This document shows, piece by piece, positions 59,433-64,000 of a stretch of 64,000 nucleotides of DNA. The DNA comes from Candidatus Eiseniibacteriota bacterium. GTDB taxonomy: Bacteria; Orphanbacterota; Orphanbacteria; Orphanbacterales; Orphanbacteraceae. The stretch lies in assembly GCA_029262235.1 (NCBI GenBank), contig JAJCZU010000004.1, positions 991,231-1,055,230 of the forward strand. The letters are read 5' to 3'. The first letter of the stretch is position 1, and each line of letters begins with the position of its first letter. Under the pieces are notes generated by a model. The model was not told where the DNA came from. It saw only the letters and a program-made list of their open reading frames with translations, and did no database searches. The position numbers and the translations under genes were made by a program.

Positions 59433-61945
59433 GGAGTGCCGTCCCCTCCCGGCGTCGCAGCACCGTCCGCGCCAGCGCCATCTCCCGCTCCCGCGCCAGC
59501 GCCATCTCCCGCCCCTGCGTTCCCGCCCGCGGGCTCCGCCTTTGCGGCCGCGATCTGGCGGTTCAGGATGCGCGCCGCGTCCGCGACTTCCGCGTCATTC
59601 GGGAATGCGGCCGTCATCTGCTCGATGACCTGCTCCACGTTGTCATAGCTTCCGAGCCGGCGGAAGTACTCCGCCTTGCGAATGTAGTGGTCCTGGTTGT
59701 CCGGCTCGATCGTCATGGCGCTGTCCGTATAGTCCACCGCCTGCTGCCAGTCGCGTTTCATTTCCGCGAGCGCGATCAGCATGCGGTACCCCGCGGGATT
59801 GTCGTGCGGGAAGCTCTTGAGTTTCGTAATGAACTCTTCGGCCTTCGCTTCCTCGCCGTTTCGCAGATACAGATTTGCCATATTGAAGAGACACGCGTTG
59901 TAATTCGTAAGCAGGCGAATCGTGTCCCTGTCTTTATACACGGTCGGGTCGTCGAGTCCGCGGAAGCGGTACACGCCGCCGAGGAAGTTCTCTTCCATCA
60001 CGACCAGATCGAACGATTCGGCTTCGACGGCCGGATCGATCCGCTTCACGAGCCCTTCCTGCAGCAGTTTCCCTTCGACGAGCTTGCTGTCGCTCGACGG
60101 CACGGTCACGGCGAAGTAGATCGGACGCTTGTCGATGTTCGAGCGGATGATCTCCGGCACCATGATGTCTTTCACGGTGACCACGTCCCCTTCAGGCGTG
60201 TAGTAGCCGCGCATGTTTTCGATCTCGATGTCGTCGAGCGTCATCTGCACGGGATTCTCCGCGTACTTGAGCTGCATGATGTACCACGGCGTATTCAGGA
60301 GACTCAGGTTCACGACCTGCACGTCTTTCCTGAAGTCGCGCACCTCCTGGATGTACCAGAGCGGGAATGTGTCGTTGTCGCCCCCCGTAAAGATGATCGC
60401 GTTCTCCCGCAGCCCCACGAGCATGTTGTACGCGAGATCCTCCGCGACGAAAAAGCGCGAACGGTCCGTCTCGAAATAGTGCGCATCGACGGCGGCCGGC
60501 GGCACGAGCAGGCCGAGAATCAGCACGACCCGCGCGATGATCGCCCCGCCCGGAATCGTCGAGCGCCGCAGATAAAACGCCAGCGATGAGAGACCCACCC
60601 CGAACAGGAGCGAGATCATCACGAACCCAGGCGTATAGAAATAGTCGCGGTCGCGCACTTCGAGTTTGACCCCGCGCGTTCCGTCCGAGAAGTTGAGATA
60701 CAGCGTCATCGCTACGGTAAACAATAGAAGCAGCGACAGACTGTAGAGAAAGATCTTGCGGTCCGATTTCCACATCGCCCAGAGCGAGAAGAGCGCCAGG
60801 AACGGAACGTAGAGATAGAGCGGGCGAGGAGACGGGACCCACTGATTGATCAGGTGCCCCCAGAAACCCATGCGCTCGTGTGTGCCGAACTGGTTCTTCC
60901 AGCTTCCCTTGCGCGTGAACATGAGTTCGAACATCGACTTGTCCGAATACTGCTTGCGCTCCAGGAACTGCTTGAAGTTCGTCCAGTTCTCCGGGTTGTT
61001 CTCGTCGATCGCCGGATCCTGCGCCGAACGGATGGGCACGTACGCGTAAAGCGAATAGCCCATGACCGCCATCAGGAAGAAGGCGCCGGTCAAATTCAGT
61101 GTCTTTTGCGTGTCGCGGTTCGTCGTCAGAAACGCCCAGAGAAACGTAGCCGCGCAGGCAATCGGCACGCCGAACAGAAAGAGATCGGTGGAGTGCACGA
61201 CGCTCGTCAGCAGAAAGAAAGCGATATAGAAAAGCGGCGATGTGAGCCGCTTCCTGCTGATGAGGAAGATGAGCATGAACATCGGGATGATCGGCAGAAA
61301 CGCCTGCATGTGATTTGTCGCGGCGAGAAACAGAATATAGATCTGCATGATCAGGACGCGATTTCCCTCGGACGTTTTCGCCGACTCGAGCCAGACCATC
61401 GAGAGCCAGAAGAGCAGGGCGACGAGGAGGAGGGTGAGTCCGTAGACTTCCGCTTCGACCGCGTTGAACCAGTATGTGGCACCGAACGCCATGGATAACC
61501 CGCCGACCAGAACGCCGGCATAGACCCAGATCATGTCTTCGACCGATTCCTCGACGCCCACGATTCTGCGGATCACGCGGGCGATCGCCAGCGACGAGAA
61601 ACCGACGGCGAGCGCGCTGGACCATGCGGAGAACAGCGCCAGAATGAATGCCGTATCCCCGTACGGGATCATGGAAAACACACGACCGAGCATCACGAAG
61701 AGCGCCGCTCCCGGCGGGTGCGGTATGCCCAGAATGTACGCGCAGGCGATGAACTCGCCGCAGTCCCAGAATGTGGTCCCGCGCGCGGCCGTCATCGTGA
61801 AAATCACGCCGGACAAGAGTGTGACGAAAAGCGCGATCCACCAGTCCGCCCTGCGGCCGAAAGTGATGGTCCCGTCGTGCTTGTCGTCCGAGCCCCGGAG
61901 CCCCGGCTTCAGCTCCGCTTTCGGCTTGCTCTCTTTAATATCCAC
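59429..61945 (-). CDS. DUF2723/TMEM260-like GT-C glycosyltransferase with C-terminal TPRs
   Basis: FWDCGEFIAC, LGIPHPPGA, YWFNAVEAEVY, EVRDRDYFY, FTGGDNDTFPLWYIQEV and VVNLSLLNTPWY; TPR-like C-terminus and Gly/Ala/Asp tail. Confidence 0.88.
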   Translation of the reverse strand: MDIKESKPKAELKPGLRGSDDKHDGTITFGRRADWWIALFVTLLSGVIFTMTAARGTTFWDCGEFIACAYILGIPHPPGAALFVMLGRVFSMIPYGDTAFILALFSAWSSALAVGFSSLAIARVIRRIVGVEESVEDMIWVYAGVLVGGLSMAFGATYWFNAVEAEVYGLTLLLVALLFWLSMVWLESAKTSEGNRVLIMQIYILFLAATNHMQAFLPIIPMFMLIFLISRKRLTSPLFYIAFFLLTSVVHSTDLFLFGVPIACAATFLWAFLTTNRDTQKTLNLTGAFFLMAVMGYSLYAYVPIRSAQDPAIDENNPENWTNFKQFLERKQYSDKSMFELMFTRKGSWKNQFGTHERMGFWGHLINQWVPSPRPLYLYVPFLALFSLWAMWKSDRKIFLYSLSLLLLFTVAMTLYLNFSDGTRGVKLEVRDRDYFYTPGFVMISLLFGVGLSSLAFYLRRSTIPGGAIIARVVLILGLLVPPAAVDAHYFETDRSRFFVAEDLAYNMLVGLRENAIIFTGGDNDTFPLWYIQEVRDFRKDVQVVNLSLLNTPWYIMQLKYAENPVQMTLDDIEIENMRGYYTPEGDVVTVKDIMVPEIIRSNIDKRPIYFAVTVPSSDSKLVEGKLLQEGLVKRIDPAVEAESFDLVVMEENFLGGVYRFRGLDDPTVYKDRDTIRLLTNYNACLFNMANLYLRNGEEAKAEEFITKLKSFPHDNPAGYRMLIALAEMKRDWQQAVDYTDSAMTIEPDNQDHYIRKAEYFRRLGSYDNVEQVIEQMTAAFPNDAEVADAARILNRQIAAAKAEPAGGNAGAGDGAGAGAGDGAGADGAATPGGDGTP
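59468..59515 (-). repeat. 24-bp tandem duplication encoding part of the Gly/Ala/Asp-rich tail
   Basis: ccgcgccagcgccatctcccgc occurs twice with a 24-nt period. Confidence 0.8.
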
Positions 61946-62089
61946 CTGGATCGGATCTCCTGATTCAGTGAGTTAGCTTGAGTTCGAGCGCATCCGGAGC
62001 AATATATCATAGGAGGGGATTCCCCCCAATTGAATCTCCCACTCCCCGCCGCCCCGCCCGGTTCCAGCCACAGCGGAACGCCCATTGAC

Positions 62090-62185
62090 TCCGTTTCCCC
62101 TCTTTCTCTTTCTCCCTCTTCTCCTTTCCCTCCTTCTTCTCCTTTCCCCTTTCTCACTTTTTCTCTTTTCCCCTTTCCTCTCTTC
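62090..62185 (+). repeat. Polypyrimidine tract
   Basis: About 95 nt of almost pure C/T in the divergent intergenic region. Confidence 0.9.
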
Positions 62186-62249
62186 GCAAAGCGGCGGCGG
62201 GATGGGCGGGGAACGGGGGAGAGCAACCCCGATCCCGTCCGCGCGGGTG

Positions 62250-62320
62250 GCGCGCCGGACGGGGACCCCGCACCGAGCCTGTCGAGGTGTGGGGTGTCCC
62301 GGCGCGACAGGACCCGCGCC
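62250..62320 (+). repeat. GC-rich hairpin sharing a 16-nt motif with the repeat-C flank
   Basis: Imperfect stem CGCGCCGG..ACCCCGCACC/GGTGTGGGGT..CCGGCGCG. 62302-62317 is the exact reverse complement of 26448-26463. Confidence 0.6.
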
Positions 62321-62380
62321 CCACGGCATCACGAGTTCTCTCCCTCCACACCCCGCCAATCACCGTCGCCGCCACTGTGG

Positions 62381-62410
62381 TTGACGCGCGAATCGGCCGA
62401 TTCCTATACT
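62381..62410 (+). promoter_or_regulatory. sigma70 promoter of cysS
   Basis: TTGACG-18nt-TATACT, with SD GAGGAG downstream. Confidence 0.65.
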
Positions 62411-62448
62411 GTGCGCTTGTCCCGGACCGCGAGGAGTTCTTAACAATC

Positions 62449-63867
62449 ATGCTGCGCCTCTACAATACGATGACCCGAAGCGTCGACATCTTCGTCTCGA
62501 AGACGGAAGGCGAGGTCGGTCTCTATACATGCGGTCCGACCGTCTACGCGTACGCCCATATCGGAAACCTCCGCACGTACATCTTCGAAGACATTCTGCG
62601 TCGTGTGCTCGTCGAGGAAAACTATCGCGTCAAACACGTCATGAACGTGACGGATGTCGGTCACCTCGTCTCCGACGCGGATACGGGCGAAGACAAGATG
62701 GCCGTTGGTGCCTCGCGCGAAGGCTTGACCGCGTTCGAACTCGCCGACAAATACTGGGCCGCGTTTCGTCACGACATGGCACGCCTTCACATTCTCGAGC
62801 CCGATATCTGGTGCCGCGCAACCGAGTACATTCAGGAGCAGATCGATCTCGGCCGCGAGATGGAAAAGCGCGGATTCACATACGAACTCGAAGACGGCAT
62901 CTATTTCGATACGAAGAAACTCGGCGATTACGGCCGCCTCGCGCGCCTCGACATCGAAGGCCTGGAAGCGGGCTCCCGGATCGAAATGGTAGCCGGCAAG
63001 CGGAACCCGACCGATTTCGCGGTATGGAAGTTCTCGCCGAAGGACGAAAAGCGCCAGATGGAGTGGGAGAGCCCGTGGGGAACGGGATTCCCGGGCTGGC
63101 ATCTCGAGTGCTCCGCGATGGCCATGAAGCATCTCGGCGAGCAGTTCGATATTCACTGCGGCGGCATCGATCACGTGGCGGTGCATCATTCGAACGAAAT
63201 CGCGCAGGTCGAGTGCATCACGCAGAAGAACTGGGTGCGCTGGTGGATGCATGCCGAGTTTCTGGTGCTGCCGAAGCAGGATGATGGCGCCGGAACGGCC
63301 AAAGCCGGGGGCAAGATGGCGAAGTCAGGGGACAACTTCCTGACGGTGCAGTCGCTCGTGGATCGCAGGATCGATCCGGTCGCGTACCGGTACTTCGCGC
63401 TCGGCGCGCATTACAGAGCGCCGCTCACGTTCACGTGGGAGTCGGTCGAAGGGGCGGCGAACGCGATGGGGCGGCTCCGCAACCGCGTGATCGCGCTCGG
63501 GCATCCGGCAGGCGGCTCCGTGAGTGAGGAGCACTGGGCGCCGTTCCGTGCAGCGTATCGGGACGATCTCAACATGCCGCGCGCGCTCGCCGCGCTCTGG
63601 GGACTGCTTCGCGACGATACAATTTCGCCGCAGGATCAGTACGCCACGCTGCTCCGCATGGATCGCATTCTCGGGCTGGGAATCGAGTCGATGAAAGAGG
63701 AGAAGGTCGAAGTGGGCCGGGAGATCCTCGATCTCGTCGACGCCAGGAATGCGGCGCGCAAGAACAAGGACTTCGCCGAGGCCGATCGGCTGCGCGACGA
63801 GATCACGTCACGCGGCTACGTGCTCGAAGATACGGCGGAGGGGACCAAGGTTCTTCCCGCCGGCTAG
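62449..63867 (+). CDS. cysS: Cysteine--tRNA ligase
   Basis: LYTCGPTVY, HIGN, DFAVWK, GFPGWHLECSAM, DIHCGG, HHSNE, KMAKS (KMSKS variant) and ADRLRD. Confidence 0.98.
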   Translation: MLRLYNTMTRSVDIFVSKTEGEVGLYTCGPTVYAYAHIGNLRTYIFEDILRRVLVEENYRVKHVMNVTDVGHLVSDADTGEDKMAVGASREGLTAFELADKYWAAFRHDMARLHILEPDIWCRATEYIQEQIDLGREMEKRGFTYELEDGIYFDTKKLGDYGRLARLDIEGLEAGSRIEMVAGKRNPTDFAVWKFSPKDEKRQMEWESPWGTGFPGWHLECSAMAMKHLGEQFDIHCGGIDHVAVHHSNEIAQVECITQKNWVRWWMHAEFLVLPKQDDGAGTAKAGGKMAKSGDNFLTVQSLVDRRIDPVAYRYFALGAHYRAPLTFTWESVEGAANAMGRLRNRVIALGHPAGGSVSEEHWAPFRAAYRDDLNMPRALAALWGLLRDDTISPQDQYATLLRMDRILGLGIESMKEEKVEVGREILDLVDARNAARKNKDFAEADRLRDEITSRGYVLEDTAEGTKVLPAG

Positions 63868-63876
63868 CGCCCTCCG

Positions 63877-63906
63877 TTGACACTCCGAAAAAACCGTTCG
63901 TATAGT
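63877..63906 (+). promoter_or_regulatory. Near-consensus sigma70 promoter for a transcript running off the window
   Basis: TTGACA-18nt-TATAGT. Confidence 0.7.
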
Positions 63907-64000
63907 CGGATAGACCCTTGGTCGGCGTAATACGAGTTCATTTCGTGGGAGGGCAGGAGATGGACGAGGCCGTGCCGCCAGGGGTCCTTTTCTATCTCCC

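Noticed and set aside
63270..63330. KMAKS instead of KMSKS, with a short Gly/Ala insert, in CysRS
   Set aside because: A conservative variant. All Zn ligands and HIGN are intact, so there is no sign of altered function.

Overview
A GC-rich, gene-dense bacterial chromosomal window with about 46 supportable CDSs. I found no rRNA, tRNA, CRISPR array, transposase or integrase. Two C-terminal secretion-signal-like tails (an FlgD-Ig/T9SS-like domain and a ...SWSDVKSFFR tail) suggest an FCB-group candidate phylum such as Eisenbacteria, Latescibacteria or Krumholzibacteria; this is inference. Main blocks: (i) many peptidases (M1, TPR plus anthrax-LF/PPEP-like zincin, M4, M28, M50, M16) and an OPT transporter; (ii) an ABC-2 exporter and a yhaO/yhaN-like nuclease-ATPase pair with pcm; (iii) an aerobic purine-degradation cluster (xdhAB, uricase, uraD, uraH, allC, allB, allE) that lacks a recognisable ureidoglycolate/glyoxylate step but abuts a CitE/HpcH-fold gene; (iv) envelope-modification genes (carbamoyltransferase plus SxtJ-like, two GT-C glycosyltransferases, three Ser/Thr-nucleophile alkaline-phosphatase-superfamily lipoproteins); (v) housekeeping genes (aroC, P5C and P6C dehydrogenases, cysS, two sigma factors). 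The most unusual signal is non-coding. A family of ~70-100 bp GC-rich hairpins occurs as inverted pairs lined by polypurine/polypyrimidine tracts. One pair (67/69 identical) encloses a whole secreted M4 protease gene whose catalytic core has markedly lower GC than its flanks; a second, diverged pair encloses only ~190 bp and no evident gene. Other points of interest are several apparent pseudo-enzymes, a translationally coupled TMEM260-like glycosyltransferase operon, and recurrent -10 boxes 6-7 nt before start codons (probable leaderless mRNAs). All family calls come from motif recognition by eye, not database searches.
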